Shown here piece after piece: positions 13,619 to 30,832 of a stretch of 64,000 nt of DNA; within the stretch, counting starts at the first letter, position 1; each line of letters opens with the position of its first letter. This DNA comes from Eledone cirrhosa (lineage: Eukaryota): the NCBI GenBank assembly GCA_964016885.1, contig OZ024749.1, positions 23,002,001-23,066,000 on the forward strand. The letters run 5' to 3'. The notes below the pieces were generated by a model. It did not search any database. It was not told the origin of the DNA and saw only the letters and a program-made list of their open reading frames with translations. A program made the translations under genes and the position numbers.

Positions 13619-13792
13619 ATATATATATAAACAACTATCTGGTTGTGGAACCAACCAACCAACCAGAAATTTATAAGTTTGTAGATTTGTAAATTTATAA
13701 ATTTATAAATATATAATAAATTGAAGTGAAAGCAACTGGTGCGTGTGTTTCTTATTGGCAACATGGCCCTCCCAAAGTATAACAATATATAT

Positions 13793-15011
<1,219 letters not shown>

Positions 15012-15026
15012 TTATATATGTATATA

Positions 15027-15170
15027 TAACGAAGGAGGTGTGGTAAGGAACCAGATGGAGCATAACGCACCAGAGTACTCAATACTTAGGATAGTAGAGT
15101 GGGTAATAGGAACATGTTTAATCCCGACGGCAGAGCTCAAGCCGTTTCGACGGGGTTAAACATTTTCCTA
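15027..15170. mobile_element. Mini foldback family E
   Basis: Arms 15107-15126/15151-15170; ~80-nt tail; homologous to 33799-33962. Confidence 0.7.
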
Positions 15171-15196
15171 TATATATATATATATAATATATGTAT

Positions 15197-15321
15197 ATCA
15201 ACTAGAAATAGATTGACATATATATATATAATAAACATATGAAACAATCACAGGGAATATTTTGTAAAGAATGTAAGCACACATAGCTAGGTAGGTAACT
15301 AATTAAATTGTTTCATATGTT

Positions 15322-15353
<32 letters not shown>

Positions 15354-15468
15354 GTCAATCTATTTCTTGTTGATATATAATGCTCGGATCTATTCATTGG
15401 AATCTTTGAGCTTATTCTACAGTAGATATGACGCATGTCTCTCAGAAATTAACCCTTAATTTTAATTT

Positions 15469-15470
<2 letters not shown>
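15197..15470. mobile_element. Foldback family A, second copy
   Basis: Same outer ends as 7767-8369 but junction at ~15306. Confidence 0.8.
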
Positions 15471-16633
<1,163 letters not shown>

Positions 16634-16805
16634 ATATATAAATCTTATGAGAGAGAAAGAAAGTTAGATAGATAGATTTAGCAGTGTAAAATCATGACAG
16701 CGGAACTAAACTTACGTGATTTTACATATCTTTAAACCCATGATGCATCTCCCCATGCATTGAGTACTCCCATGATTTGTGGTCTCATCGGTTTCACCTC
16801 CGCAG

Positions 16806-16870
<65 letters not shown>

Positions 16871-17362
16871 ATATGTATACTGCTTGGCGTTACCAATAGG
16901 CTGGCCTAACTCCAACATACGTGCAGAATTGACTACCTCAAACGATGTAAATATTGTCGATATATTGGTCCAACTGTTAATCAGTATTTTGCTCCAGGTT
17001 ATTTTCAATTAATTCAGAAGTAGACCTTATTATCTATCTCTTTGTTTATTTATATACGATACAATGTACCTAGGGCTAGACATTTCTTGATGATATATTT
17101 TTTAATTATAGGTGTGGCTCGAGGTATATTTGACTTCGCTTTCTTGTATATCAAGTGCCACTTTAAATGCTATTCGTGGAATTTATTAAGCATGAGGTAA
17201 CATTTTCGCATTATGGAGAAATTAATGGAAGTTCGATGCTCGGTTGGAGTTATGTTTTACCTAAATATCTTTAAAAATAGCACAATCATCAAATTCACCA
17301 TCCCGACAAATTGCTGGCCTTGTGTCTGAATTAGAAACCATTGTAAATATATTTAAATGTAT

Positions 17363-17429
<67 letters not shown>

Positions 17430-17484
17430 TGTTACTGTATTAGATAGATAGATAGGTACGAAGACATAAAGAGAGCTAGATAGA

Positions 17485-17852
17485 TATATTTCTTTATTTG
17501 CTACAAGGGCGCATAAGAAAAGGGGACAAAAGAAGGACACATGCCGGGGATTTTACATACATTCGTGTAAAAATATTGAAACAAACAAATATAACAATCG
17601 AAATCCCCAATAGGGGAGAGGCGCCACAAATGGGTTGTTTAATACCCCGTCTATAGAACAACCCTGAACTTCAGGAGCGTGTTGTGCAAGTGCTCCTTTC
17701 TTCCTTTTGCTCTCTTCTTTTACCTACAGGTTTATATACAAAGAAGGCCCAATCACTAGGGCCATTTTTTCCACATTCGTCCACCTTCCAGTTAATATAC
17801 TGGTGTGTAGTGCTTCTCTCTCCACTATGATTCTCATTCTAAAGTGGTACCT
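17485..17852 (-). mobile_element. 3' end of Tx1/L1-like LINE (old copy)
   Basis: RWTNVEKMALVIGPSL resembles RWVREARMARVNGPTL of the 51170 ORF; similar 3' UTR ending AATAAAGAAAT. Confidence 0.65.
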
Positions 17853-17879
17853 AAAGATAGATAGAGAGATTGAAAGAAT

Positions 17880-18081
17880 GAGAAAGATATAGCATGACAA
17901 ATAGTGTGACAATGAGTGAGAGAGGTAGAAGTAGAGAGAGAGGAGGTAGAGAGAAATAGTTTGAGATAGAGAACGAGTGACAAACAGAGTGACAAAAATA
18001 GGAGACAGATATCCAAAGAGAAAGAGTGAGAGACGAAAAAAAAGAGAGTGTGAGAATGTGTAAGAGAGACAAATAATGACC

Positions 18082-18150
<69 letters not shown>

Positions 18151-19242
18151 TGTGAGAGAGAGATATGGTGTGAGAGACAGTGAGACTGACAGAGGCAGAA
18201 TGAGAGTGAGAGAGAGAGACGGTGAGAGAGAGAAAGAGAGAGAGAGACGGTGAGAGATGGTGAGAGACAAGGAGAGAGAGGATGAGAGACACAGTGAGAG
18301 GGAGAGAGACGGTGTGAGAGACAGTGAGACCGACAGAGACAAAAAGAAAGAGACTAAAAGGAGAGAGTGTTAAAGAGTGACAGTGAGATACTTTATTGTA
18401 GTGAAAGACGTTAATTTTCAAGTCGCAATGGTTTCCACGGCAAATATTCTAGAAAATAGGGTTTTGTCTTCACTTTGAAAGGATCTCAAGTGACATTTCT
18501 TCTTTCTTTTCTTTTGTAAGCTTCAATTCATCTCCTCACATCACACCATGCAAACGACAATGACGTCAACTAACAGCCATCGTCTTATTGGGCGTTGTTC
18601 AAGCTATTCTTTGGCTGAAAATATCGATCATTTTTTTTCTTTTAATTTAATTCTAAAAATGTTCAAATGCCATCAATAGTGAGAAAAACAATTAAATGCA
18701 GTGGCGTGTGTGTGTGTATATATATATATATGTGTGTGTATGTGTGAGTGTGTGTGTGTGTGCAGACACACAAACACATATATATATATGTGTGTCTGCA
18801 CACATACATATATATATATATATGTATATATGTGTGTGTGTGTGTGCAGACACACACATATATATGCATATCCACACAGACACACACTTACAAACATAAA
18901 TACACACTCGTACACACACATACACACATACATATATACACATAAACACATACATATACACGCACAAACATAAACACATACATATACACGCACAAACAAA
19001 CACATACACACACATACATGCACATACACACATACATGCACATATGCACATACACACACATACATAAACACATACATATACACACACACATAAACACATA
19101 CATATACACACACTCAAAGATACACCCACATGCAAACACAGATACACATACACTCAGATAGTGACGTCCATACATACACTTGCACACACACACACATATA
19201 TATAGACAAATACATACACACGGACACAAACCAACCATGCAT

Positions 19243-19306
<64 letters not shown>

Positions 19307-20281
19307 GTACACATACAGAGATACACACATTTTTCTTTATATATACCTACACACACACACCACACATATCTCTCTATATATATATAACTACACACACGGA
19401 GATAGACACGCGTCTCTCTCTATATACCTACACCCACATACACACATACACACATACACACATACACACACACACAACTCTATAGATATACCTACACACA
19501 CACATCTCTATATATATACCTACACACAGAGATACACACACGTCTCTCTCTATATACCTACACACACATACACACACACACACACACTTCTCTCTCTATG
19601 TATATATACCTACACACACACACACACAACTGTCTATATATACCTACACACGCACACACACACACATATCTCTATATATACCTACACACACACACACATC
19701 CCTCTATATATACTTACACACGCACACACACACACACACACACATCTTTCTATATATACCTACACACACACACACACATCTTTCTATATATACCTACACA
19801 CACACACACACATCTCTCAATATATACCTACACACACACACACATCTGTCTATATATACCTACACACACATCTCTCTATATATACCTACACACACACACA
19901 CATCTATCTATATATACCTACACACACATCTCTCAATATATACCTACTCACACACACACACATCTCTCTATATATACCTACACACACATCTCTCTATATA
20001 TACCTACACACACATCTCTCTATATATATACCTACACACACATCTCTCTATATATACCTACACACACATCTCTCTATATATACCTACACACACATCTCTC
20101 TATATATACCTACACACGCACACACACACACCTGTCTATATAGATATCTACACACACATAGATACACACGCATCTCTCTATATATATATAATATATATAT
20201 ATATACGTACACACAGAGATGCACACACATCTCTCTCTCTCTGTCTCTCTCTGTCTCTCTCTGTCTCTCTCTCTCTACGCA

Positions 20282-20312
<31 letters not shown>

Positions 20313-20360
20313 ACGCACACACACACACACAGATAAAAACATACGTATACACACACATAG
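17880..20360. repeat. (GA)n/(CA)n low-complexity tract with CA/TA minisatellite
   Basis: Repeated CTCTATATATACCTACACACAC units at ~19400-20160. Confidence 0.85.
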
Positions 20361-20587
20361 AAACGAACCCTTCATCATCATTAATATCATCACTATGAAC
20401 AACACCATCACACCATCCTAGCCACTCCTTCTTTCATCACCAACAAACACCGTCTGCTTTATCATCATCATCATCATTGTCATCACCATCAATACCGCCA
20501 TCAACGCCATCATCATCATCGCTGGAACCACCAACACTGTTGTCATCACCAACAACACCACCTTCATCATCATCATCATCATCAGCG

Positions 20588-20633
<46 letters not shown>

Positions 20634-20706
20634 TATCATCATCTTCATCATCATCATCACGAACAATACCATCATCAGCAACATTATCGACGTCGCAGTT
20701 AATAAT

Positions 20707-21039
20707 TGTTTCTACTTTAGGCACAAGGCCTGCAATTACCCCAGTGTATTACTGGTACTTTATTTTATCGATCCCCGTAAGGATGAAAGGCAAAGTTAAC
20801 CTCGGCGGGATTTGAACTCAGACCATAAAGGGCCGTAACTCTTCGCTGCAAAGCATGGCGTCCGACCCTCTACCGATACTGCCAATCCACCATTAAATCC
20901 CGACGAGGTTAACTTTGCCTTTCATCCTTACGGGGTCGATAAAATAAAGTACCAGTCACGCACTGGGGTCAATTTCATCGACCCCCCCCCCCCCAAACAA
21001 AAAAAAATTGCTGGCCTTGTAGCTAAATAAGAAACCATT
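20707..21039. mobile_element. Head-to-head SINE pair inside one 17-bp direct repeat
   Basis: Minus SINE 20707-20892, headless plus SINE ~20895-21039; ACGTCGCAGTTAATAAT at 20690-20706/21040-21056. Confidence 0.75.
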
Positions 21040-21059
21040 ACGTCGCAGTTAATAATGGC

Positions 21060-22646
21060 GTCATGAACATCATCACCAATATCATCATCATCAGCATCGT
21101 AACTGCGACAACACAATACTACCATCATCATCATCATCACTACCATCACCAACCCGACGACCATTATCACTACCATACGACCACCATCACCGACTCCACC
21201 ATCACCACCATACAGCCCCATCACCACTACCACCATCATTTTCACCAAACATCCACCACCACCACCATGCCACTGAAATCATTAACGCCATTACGACCAA
21301 CTCCACCATCACCATCATCACCACCATCACCACGATCACCACCATACACCCCCATCATCACCACCCTCGCTACCATCCCTACCATCACATCCAAAGGCAC
21401 CCTCACAACCATACTCATCACCATCACCATCATACTGACCACCATCACCACCTTCACCACCATCCCCACCACCGTCACTACCATCACCACCATCACTACC
21501 ATACACACCCACCGCCACCACCATACGACTCGTATCATTATAACGCCATCACCACCACCACCACCATACAGCCTCATTATCACCACCACCACCTCCACCA
21601 TACAGCTCCATTACCACCACCACCTCCATCATACAGCTCCATCTCCACCACCACCATCACCACCACCACCTCCATCATACAGCTCCATCTCCACCACCAC
21701 CACCATACAGCTCCACCACCACCACCACCATCACCACTATACTCCCCCCACCACCACTACCACCATACCACTGGCATCATTAACTCCATTACCATCATCA
21801 CAGGCAATGCTACCGTAAACACGTCTTTGATCACTGTTCTGTTTAATCAGGAGTGATCTTGGGCATAACAACAACAGAAACAGCAACAACAACAACAATA
21901 ATAACAACAACAGCAACAACAACAGCAATACCATCATCAACAACAACAACAATAATAAGAAGAAGAACAACAACAACATCATCAACAACAACAACGACAA
22001 TAATAACAACAACAATAATAACAACACCAGCAACAACAAAAACAACAACATCATCAACAACAACAACAATAATAACAACAACAACAACAACAATAATAAC
22101 AACAACAACAACAATAACAACAACAACAACAACAACAATAATAACAGCAACAGCAACCACATCATCAACAGCAACAACCACAACAACAACAACATCACTA
22201 ACATCAACAACAACGACAACAACAACAGTAACAATAACAGCAACATCACTAACAACAGTAACAACAACAACAGCAACAACAGCAACAGCAACAGCAACAA
22301 CAAACGCAAACAATATCAACAACAACAACAGCAACAACAACAGCAGCAGCAACAGCTACAGCAACAGCAGCAACAACTACAACAACAACAGCAACAACTA
22401 CAGCAACAACAACAGCAACAACAACAGCAGCAACAACTACAACAACAGCAGCAACAACTACAGCAACAACAGCAACAACTACAGCAAGAACAACAGCAAC
22501 AACAACAGCAGCAACAACTACAACAACAGCAGCAACAACTACAGCAACAACAACAACATCAACACCTGAAAGCTCAATAACGACAAATTTAATGACAAGT
22601 TATTTTACAAACCAAGCAAACACTACTGCTGCTGCTGCCGCTACTA

Positions 22647-22682
<36 letters not shown>

Positions 22683-22748
22683 GTAGTACTACTACTGCTG
22701 GTGCTGCTGCTGCTACTACTACTACTACCACTACTGCTGCTGCAGCCG

Positions 22749-22781
<33 letters not shown>

Positions 22782-22847
22782 GTACTACTACTGCTGGTGC
22801 TGCTGCTGCTGCTGCTGCTACTACTACTACTACCACTACTGCTGCTG

Positions 22848-22894
<47 letters not shown>

Positions 22895-22925
22895 GCAATC
22901 ACTACTACTATAACTACTACTACAC
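21060..22925. repeat. Trinucleotide tracts (CAC/CAT, AAC/AGC, CTA/CTG)
   Basis: Degenerate triplet repeats. Confidence 0.9.
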
Positions 22926-23014
22926 AAATATATGTGAATACCTCGTTAAAAACATGTCTCATGCCACACTGAATGTGTTTTAACTGCAATAAAATCTGAT
23001 AAACTTGCAGCATG

Positions 23015-23840
23015 TAATAACGGTTTCTATATTTGGCTCAAGGCCAGCAATTTGAAAATAAGGAGCAATTATACTACATCTACCTCAGTGCATTACTGGT
23101 ACTTTATTTTATCGACCGCTTAAGGATGAAAAGCAAAGCTAAAGCTAACCTCGGCGGAATTTGAACTTATATTGGAAAGGGCCGTAATTCTATGCTGCAA
23201 AGCATGGCCTCCGACACTCTACTGATCCTGCCAATCCACTGCCCATAATAACAATTGTTTCTACTTTTGACACTAAGCCAGCAATTATCCAGTGCATTAC
23301 TGGTACTTTATTTTATCGACCCCGTAAGGATGAAAGTAAAGTTAACCTCGGCGGGATATGAACTCAGATGATAAAGGGCCGTAAATCATGACGTCCGACC
23401 CTCTCCGATACTGGCAATCCAAATAATAAAAATACTAACAAAGAGTTTATTTCCCTAAAGTCCATCGTAAGATGAGAAAGTTACTCCGAAAAAACACACA
23501 AAAACAACAAACAAAGCAAAAGGAAAGGAAGCAAAAACCAAATCAAAAGTTAAATAAATGCCTGTAACTATATACCACAAAACATATTGTCCGATGCTCT
23601 ACCTATTCTTCTAATCCGTTCTCCTGTATATAATTGTTTTTAGATTTAGCACAAGCCCAGCAAGTTGAATGAAATTTGAGGAAAAGTTGATTAAATGGAC
23701 CCAGTCCATTGCTGGTACTTTGATTTAATGACGCTGGATGGATGAAAGGCAAAGCTAACCTCGGCAAGGCTTGAACTTAGAACGTAAATGGACGTACCTA
23801 TATGACGCAAATCATGTTTTCCGAAGGGTTAACGATTCCG
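23015..23840 (-). mobile_element. Cluster of three SINE copies
   Basis: Reverse-complement core GGTACTTT..GAC..GGATGAAA at ~23098, ~23302, ~23714. Confidence 0.8.
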
Positions 23841-24036
23841 TGGTAGATATTGAAGTTCAAGTTTGTCGACCTCCCCCTCGCAGTGAGCCCTGTAAACTTG
23901 TCTCTGATCTATGATTTCTGATCTCCGATCTCTGATTTCTAGTCTCTGATCTCTGATTTCTGGACTCTGATGTCTGGCTTCTACACTCTAGTCTTGATCA
24001 GGCGAATATCAACAACTTCAGAACAACTACTACGCA

Positions 24037-24289
24037 AGAAGAAGAAGAAGAAGAAGAAGAAGAAGAAGAAGAAGAAGAAGAAGAAGAAGAAGAAGAAGAA
24101 GAAGAGGAGGCAAATGAGGAGGAAGACGAGGAGGAGGAGGAAGAAGAAGAAGAAGAAGAAGAAGAAGAAGAAGAAGAAGAAGAAGAAGAAGAAGAAGAAG
24201 AAGAAGAAGAAGAATGAGGTGGAGGGGGAGTAGGATGAGGAGGAGGAGCAGGAGGAGGAGGAGAAGAAGAAGAAGAAGAAGAAGAAGAA

Positions 24290-24320
<31 letters not shown>

Positions 24321-24483
24321 AAGAAGAAAAAGAAGAAGAAAAAGAAGAAGAAGAAGAAGTGGAGGAATAAAAGGAAGAAGAAGAGGAAGAAGAAGAGGAG
24401 GAGGAGGAGGAGGTAGATGAGGAGGAAGAAGAAGAGGAAGAAGAAGAGGAAGAGGAGGAGGAGGTAGATGAGGAGGAAGAAGA

Positions 24484-24518
<35 letters not shown>

Positions 24519-24680
24519 TAAAATAATAATAATAATAAGAAGAAGAAGTGGAAGAAGAAGAAGAGGAAGAGGAGGAAGTAGAAGAAGAAGAAGAGGAGGA
24601 GGGGGAGGAGGAGGAGGAGGAAGAAGAAGAAGAAGAAGAAGAAGAAGAAGAAGAAGAAGAAGAAGAAGAAGAAGAAGAAC
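24037..24680. repeat. (GAA)n/(GAG)n tract
   Basis: Purine triplet repeat. Confidence 0.95.
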
Positions 24681-24992
24681 TATTCAGGTAAAGAGAAACC
24701 TTATTTGTATTCAATCCTTTCTTTAGGGATCTTGGGAGTTAAGGAGGATTTGCGTGGAGGAATTTGTTATTAATTGTTTTTTTCATTGAAAATATGTTGT
24801 TATTCAATCATGTTACTGGTCTAATGGGTTTTGAAAAAATTAATTTGAAATATTAATAATCTATCGTTATTATAATTATTAACGAGAAGAAAACATTGGT
24901 ATCTGGAATATTAATTGAATTTGCTTTTTTATAGGAATACATAGGCAATGAATTGGCAGAGTCGTTAGAACGTCGGATAGAATGCATTATGG

Positions 24993-25308
24993 CAGGAGTG
25001 TGCAACATATTTCATTGTTGGGCCAATTTTGAACATTGTAACAACTATTAGGGCCATTAATATTTATTAGACCATATTCCAAAGAATCACCTCAACTTTC
25101 CATAACATGCAACTGGGAAATTATAACACACATAACGCTATCAGTGAAGCACTTTAGTATAGGTCAACTAACAGAAAATTGTATTTCGGTTACGAAAAAA
25201 ATTCTAAATAAGCCTACAAGGTAAACATTAAAAACGGTCATCGCGGGCCACTGTGACTAGTTTGGCGGGCCGGATTGTTGCCCACGGGCCGCCAGTTACA
25301 CGCCCCTG
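24993..25308. mobile_element. hAT-type MITE nested in a SINE (SINE halves ~24943-24992 and 25309-25420)
   Basis: TIR CAGGAGTGTGCAAC/GTTACACGCCCCTG; subterminal GGGCC motifs; degenerate 8-bp TSD CATTATGG/TTTTATAG. Confidence 0.7.
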
Positions 25309-25624
25309 TTTTATAGTAATCGTTCCAGCCCTCTGCTCTCTGAATTCAAATCCCACCGAGGTCAACTTTGCCTTTCATCCTTCCAAGGTAGATAAAAAAA
25401 ATACCAGTCTACTACTGGGCCGATTCTTCCTTCATACCTCTTTCGCATTTCCTCTCTCTCACTTTCTATTTTTCTTTGGAAGAAATCTGCATTACTCAGG
25501 CTTGGAGAGCAGAGGAATGGGCTCCATCGGGTTTTAAAATGTTCAAGAAACGCCGTATATCAATACCACTTCCCTACGACTTCCACAGTAGTTACGGGAC
25601 TATATCACAGAAATACACTCGAGG

Positions 25625-26030
25625 GTAGAATTGGTAGAGCAACAGACAAAATGTATTTATTTTTCTCGTGGTTCTTTACATTCTGATTTCATATACCAGC
25701 GTTTTTAGTCTTGCCTTTCATCCGTACAGCGTCGATAAATTTAAGCACCAGTAATGCACTGGGGTTGATTTAATCGACTTACCCCATCTCTCAAAATTGT
25801 TGGCCTTTTACGTAAATCAGAAATCGTTATTTGTCGTAGTATTTAGAGTGTTGGATTAGTAGTATCGGTAAAGCGTCGGATACCGTGCTTTGAAATATAG
25901 AGTTACGGCCCTTTATGATCTGAGTTCAAATCCCGCCGAGGGATGAAATAAATACAAGTATGGCACGGACTGATTTAATCGACTTTCCCATTCTCTCAAA
26001 ATTGTTGACCTTGTGCCTAAATCAGAAACT
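25625..26030 (+). mobile_element. Two SINE copies
   Basis: Family core at ~25712; B box at ~25922. Confidence 0.7.
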
Positions 26031-26204
26031 ATTGGTAGTAGCACTATGTATATGCATCCCATCTTTTTTTACTGTTTAGTCAGGGAGGGAATAGCAATGC
26101 GCACCACCCTCAACAGAGCCTTTGTTACTGGTGGGAGGCAGACAGTGTTCATGAAACCAAGAACCTGTTCCGTATGCACGCAATAGAGAGGACCTTGCAA
26201 AATC

Positions 26205-26636
26205 CCCGCCTCCCAAGAACCACGTAGTGATGTTAAACTAAATCCTCCCATCCCAAGGGCTACATGGTGATGTTAAACCAAATCCTTCCCTCCCAAGGGC
26301 TATATGGTGATGTTAAACCAAATCCTTCCCTCCCAAGGGCTATATGGTGATGTTAAACGAAATCCTCCCCTCTCAAAGGCAACGTGGTGATGTTAAACCC
26401 CCCTCCCCAAGGGCTATATGGTGATGTTAAACTAAATCTTTTTCTCCTAAGGGCAACGTGGTGTTGTTAAACCAAATCCTCCCCTCTCAAGGGCTATATC
26501 GCGATGTTAAACTAAATCATCCCTTCCCAAGGGCGACGTGGTGATGTTAAACCAAATCCTCCCCTCCCAAGGGCAACGTGGTGATGTTAAACCAAATCCT
26601 CCCCTCCCAAGGACCACATGGTGATGTTAAACCAAA
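26205..26636. repeat. ~39-bp minisatellite, about 11 units
   Basis: Unit GTGGTGATGTTAAACCAAATCCTCCCCTCCCAAGGGCAAC. Confidence 0.9.
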
Positions 26637-27111
26637 CAACGGATTAAGTCAATGTATGAAATTTAAAGTCATCCCCAGAACATAACAACAATAATGAAAT
26701 AGTGTCCAGCGTTCTACTGTTTCTGGTAAGGCTTTATCCTAAATGATTATTATTATTACTAATAGCTTCATGTCGTTTATAAACACATTTTATCGTGTAT
26801 TGATATCAGTTAAATCATATAATTTGATGAGAGAATTATAAATACTGATTTTGAAATATTTACATCAAAGGAATACACGCTATGATATTTGAGTAAACAT
26901 ATTCGTAATAGTTTACACAGTATAACCATTATTTGGTTAAATGAAATACGGATTTATAAAACAGGCTCCAGGTTCCAAATATGGAAAATCACTGTAGTTG
27001 ATTCGATTTTAACTAATATTGAAATCGTACTTAATTTAGCGATCACAGATAGATGAAAAATAAATTCAATCTAAGCGGAAATTGAAATTGATCATGCTAG
27101 AACGTGACAAA

Positions 27112-27690
27112 GGGACAGGGATAATAGTGTAATAAACAGTTTAGATCCAAATACCGTTGTCTATAAAGCGAGCTTCTTTTTCCCTAGCCTCAGCTGCTTT
27201 TGTGTAGAAAATACACGATATAAATTGATCGTGGTAGAAGGTGACAGAGGGACAGGCATAGCTGTGTGGTAAATAGTTTAGATACAAACACCGTTGTCTA
27301 TAAAGAGAATTTTTTTTTCTCCAGCCTTAGCTGCTTTTGTGCAGAAAATACATGTTATATATCATATACAATAAATTAATAAAACAAGTTCCCGTAACTG
27401 GTTCAGCCAGTCTTTGGGGTGCCACTATAGACGTTTGATTGTGCTTTCATGATTGCATTACAGTAGGCCTTAGAAATGCTTGTTCCTGCCCATCGTCCCG
27501 TAACTGTTGCAGCCAGTCGTTCGGTTGCCATTCAAGACATTATACTATGTCCATCATGATATTTTAGTGGGACTTAGAAATAATTGAAGGTGCCCATCAC
27601 CACGCAACTGCTGCAGCTGGTTGTTGGGGCGCCACTTTAGACGTTTGACTGTGTCCATCATGGTATTCCAGTGGGCCTTAGAAACACTTG
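27112..27690. repeat. Diverged tandem duplications (2 x ~137 bp, then 3 x ~105 bp)
   Basis: GGGACAGG..CCGTTGTCTATAAAG at 27112/27249; CG(T/C)AACTG..GCCA..AGAC at ~27391/27497/27601. Confidence 0.7.
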
Positions 27691-30291
27691 GCTGTGTTGA
27701 TCTACTCTCCAAATCTCCAGCCCCTGACAAAGGATAGCATGTCACCATAAGCAGTTCACTGAAAGAAAACCAAATAAGATGGCTGTCGCCAGACATCAAG
27801 GTTTTCTCTCCAGACGAACAGCAGGGTTTCCAGATAATGTTTCTAAAAAACCCGAATTTGGTCATTCCATGAGAGTAACTTGGTTAGCCTATGACCTTTA
27901 TATCCAGCACTCGTAACAATACAATATATAGCTTTTGTCCTCCTATAGATTCTGTCCATCAACCCCCTTTCTTCTTTAAACTATAGAAATATTTTAATTA
28001 TCTTTCTAATTCTTAGCGACGTTCACCACGATACTGTGGGACGAGGATTCAGCTTTGAAGTACAGATACAATTCTTTCGACGGGCTTCCAAACAGTTTCT
28101 GTCTACACATTATCACTCGCAACTTTTGGTTCAAACCCTGAACATAGTGATTGCGAATCAACCTCATAGTTACTCGGCTATGTTACTTTCAACAGCTGTA
28201 TCTGACACCATGTTTAATATACTGTTGTTTGGCTTTCACTCGGTTTCAGCTAAAAAAAAAAAACTGTGATTCGATCACTCAGCCAGATACCTCAGCTAGG
28301 TCAATACATGATGTCCTGCACCTCCTCCACTCCCACTCCCACCAACACCACCACATCCTCCTCTTGTTCATCATCAACATCATCGTTCTCATCAACATCC
28401 ACATCCTCATCATCGACATCGTCATCATCATTATCTTTACCGTTATCATCATCATCATCGTCATCACCATAAACACTTTCCTCCTCCTCATCATCACCAT
28501 CGTCGTCATCATCATTGTCATCATCATCATCATCATCACCACCATCTTGCTAATTCTTTTTCTACTTCTCTTTCTCCTCCAACTCCCTCTTTCATTTTTT
28601 CCTCTCATTCTCTAACCCGTCTCATGTAACGCTCAAAAAGGTGGTGTCGGTGAGGTTTAGGGAAAGAGTTCATAGGTCCTGCCCCATTTGCTTCTCTGAC
28701 TAAGCCATTAATAAAATACCAGGTTCTCTCTGCTTGCTCTATACCGGCAGTGTTCACTGATAAAAAATTCGCATAAGACTGATGAATGTCGCCATGTTCA
28801 ATAACAGCATCCGGTTGTTGATCATATCACTTTTGATGTAATTTCAATTCAAATTTTAAATATTCACCTCAAATTGAATTGATGTATTTTTTTCATTTAT
28901 ATTTTATGTAAAATTTTGTTTGTTTTGTCAACACTGCCACCTTTTATTTTATATATTATTTGTACATTTATCACCCAACCGTGCAATGATGAAAATTTAT
29001 ATTTCTTCTCTAAGTTTATTTTATTTGAAACTACAGAGAATCCTCTATAATGTTTTCCTCGTCGGTAAAAAGAAAATCAAAATGGCTGCTGTTCACATTA
29101 AACATCACACTTCATTTTCTCTACACACCGTATCCGCCATTTTACCCCATAGATGAAAACAACTACAACAGGCAAAAACTACAATAACAATAACATCAAC
29201 AGTAATAATAAATATAACAACACCAATAATAACAGCAACAGCAGCAGCAGTAATACCAACAACAACAGCAATAATATCAACAACAGCAGTAATGCCAACA
29301 ACAACAATAGCAATAATAATAACAACAACAGCAATAATAACAACAACAAGAGTAGCAATAATAATAACAACAACAGCAATAATAACAACAACAGTACTAA
29401 TACCAACAGCAACAGCAATAACAACAATGACAGCAACAATAACAATAACAGCAATTAGAACAACAGTAGTAGTAATAACAACATGTAATAACAACATCGA
29501 CAATAATAACTACAAGAGCAGCAATAATACCAACAACAACAGCAATAATACCAACAACAACAACAACAATAACAACATTAACAGCACCGATAACAACAAT
29601 AGCAATAACAACTACAACAACATCATCTATGATAACATATATAATGCAATCGCTGGAAATACAATTGTTTTATCGTGGTTTTTCTTCTGTTTTTATTTGA
29701 TACGGACTTCAATTTTTTGTTCTTTGTTCTCATACTTTGTTTTCTGAATATATTTCCAATTCCCAAAGAATAATTGAAATTTCACTTGAACAGTCAACAA
29801 TGTGACAACAGTAACGAAAACAACAACAACAACAACGAAAAAAACAAGAAATATAACAAGTATAACAACAAAAATCATCAAATACCACCAAAACAGTTAA
29901 AAGATAACAAGAAAAACTACAATAACAACACGAATAACAAGAACAGCAAGCACACATGAAAAAAAAAATTGCAACAAACCCAGCAGAAAAAAAAACGGCA
30001 ACACCAAAAGCAATACAAACAACAACAGCATTAGAAACGGCAACAATAACAACAACAACAACAGTATAAAAAACAACAATGACATTAACAATTACAAAAC
30101 CAACGAAGAAGTAGAATAAAAAAAAAAAGAAATTGTCAAGTTTACTTTATATAGATGGTAATTAGATTTATTCATTTTATATTTATTTCTTTATTTCTTG
30201 GTTTAATTATTTATATTCTATCGGCAGAAAAAGACAATTGTCACAGGAAGTGGAGCAAATAATAAATTAAAGGTAGAAAAGATAAAAAATC

Positions 30292-30333
<42 letters not shown>

Positions 30334-30392
30334 TGTGTGTGTGTGTATATTCGTTTTTTATTTTATATATACATATATATATATAATATATA

Positions 30393-30450
<58 letters not shown>

Positions 30451-30516
30451 TTATATATATATATATAAATATATATAAAGAGATACATATATATATCTTC
30501 GTTTATATATATAGAG

Positions 30517-30625
<109 letters not shown>

Positions 30626-30659
30626 CCGAGCGAGAGAGATGGTGAGATAGATTAATCGA

Positions 30660-30767
30660 TGCTTAAACTTTAATCGGTTATTTTAATAAATATTTGCTCT
30701 ACGGTTCTTATATATTTGATATATATTTATCTTTATCGAGCCCTCGTCGGATTTTAGTCTTCAAATT

Positions 30768-30768
<1 letters not shown>
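30660..30768 (+). mobile_element. Solo 3' tail of PLE family B
   Basis: Matches 5329-5435 (GCTTAAACTTTAATC.GTTATTTTAATAAATATTTGCTCTACGG); ends in (TA)n. Confidence 0.75.

Positions 30769-30832
<64 letters not shown>

Larger units (their letters stand above)
10074..13788 (-). mobile_element. Penelope-like retroelement (Neptune-like, Cys-linker type), 5'-truncated, with ~820-bp inverted pseudo-LTR
   Basis: RT+GIY-YIG ORF; arms 10131-10949 and 12970-13788 are reverse complements with about 5 mismatches by eye; 57-nt tail 10074-10130; (TA)n both sides. Confidence 0.95.

Noticed and set aside
26205-26636. CRISPR-like periodicity
   Set aside because: Spacers are homologous, there are no cas genes, and the context is eukaryotic.
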